This document shows positions 63,797 to 64,000 of a DNA stretch of 64,000 nt, piece by piece. Each line of letters opens with the position of its first letter. Position 1 is the first letter of the stretch. The position numbers and the translations under genes are program-made. The DNA comes from Amoebidium appalachense (taxonomy: Eukaryota; Protista; Ichthyosporea), in the NCBI GenBank assembly GCA_963693365.1, contig CAVNZM010000007.1, positions 10,537,962 to 10,601,961 on the forward strand. Direction: 5' to 3'. The notes under the pieces were generated by a model. That model made no database searches. It was not told the origin of the DNA and saw only the letters and a program-made list of their open reading frames with translations.

Positions 63797-64000
63797 ATGG
63801 CTCCGTCCATACAAATCCGGCCCTCACAACTCGCCCCACCGCCTCTACTCCGTCTGTGTGAGCAGGGCCAACTATCGTGGGGGCAGGGCAGGCAGGCGCT
63901 GTGGGGGCACGAGTCACTGGTGAGGAGGTTGGGCCAAAGGGCACTGCTGGACGCACACACGGGGTGTGTCAACACCCTGGCGTGGAACGAGGCTGGAAGG
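63797..64000 (+). CDS. 5' end of a DCAF8/DCAF6/WDTC1-type WD40 protein (runs off the window)
   Basis: ATG 63797 in ACCATGG context, open to the edge: ...HESLVRRLGQRALLDAHTGCVNTLAWNEAG, typical first WD repeat of this DCAF group. Divergent from RBM41. Confidence 0.82.
   Translation, partial: MAPSIQIRPSQLAPPPLLRLCEQGQLSWGQGRQALWGHESLVRRLGQRALLDAHTGCVNTLAWNEAGR

Overview
Eukaryotic nuclear DNA with spliceosomal introns. Introns and intergenic DNA are packed with poly-G/poly-C runs and (CA)n/(GT)n microsatellites, so most ORF-track entries are low-complexity artefacts. Gene content suggests a unicellular opisthokont; this is inference and the taxon cannot be determined from the window. Manual splicing recovers: ERV1/ALR sulfhydryl oxidase (-, runs off the left edge); two inverted paralogues of an unknown secreted Thr/Pro/Ser-rich protein (+4.8-6.8 kb, -35.1-38.3 kb); a frameshifted MFSD5-like transporter; two tandem syntaxin-1/Sso-type Qa-SNAREs (one intronless); a Swf1/ZDHHC4-like palmitoyltransferase; an intronless unknown membrane protein; a 5'-truncated RNase H-bearing LINE with a perfect 16-bp TSD; an 8-exon SagB/ThcOx-type nitroreductase with an intronic tRNA-Gly(GCC); a 10-exon RBM41 orthologue; and the start of a DCAF8/WDTC1-like WD40 gene. 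The most unusual signals concern splicing: 3' splice sites abutting (CA)n instead of a pyrimidine tract, a GT...AC-bracketed intron, a GC donor with a competing GT in RBM41, and a minisatellite built from an RBM41 exon-intron junction. All identifications are by eye from remembered motifs; no searches were run, and homopolymer lengths may be unreliable.
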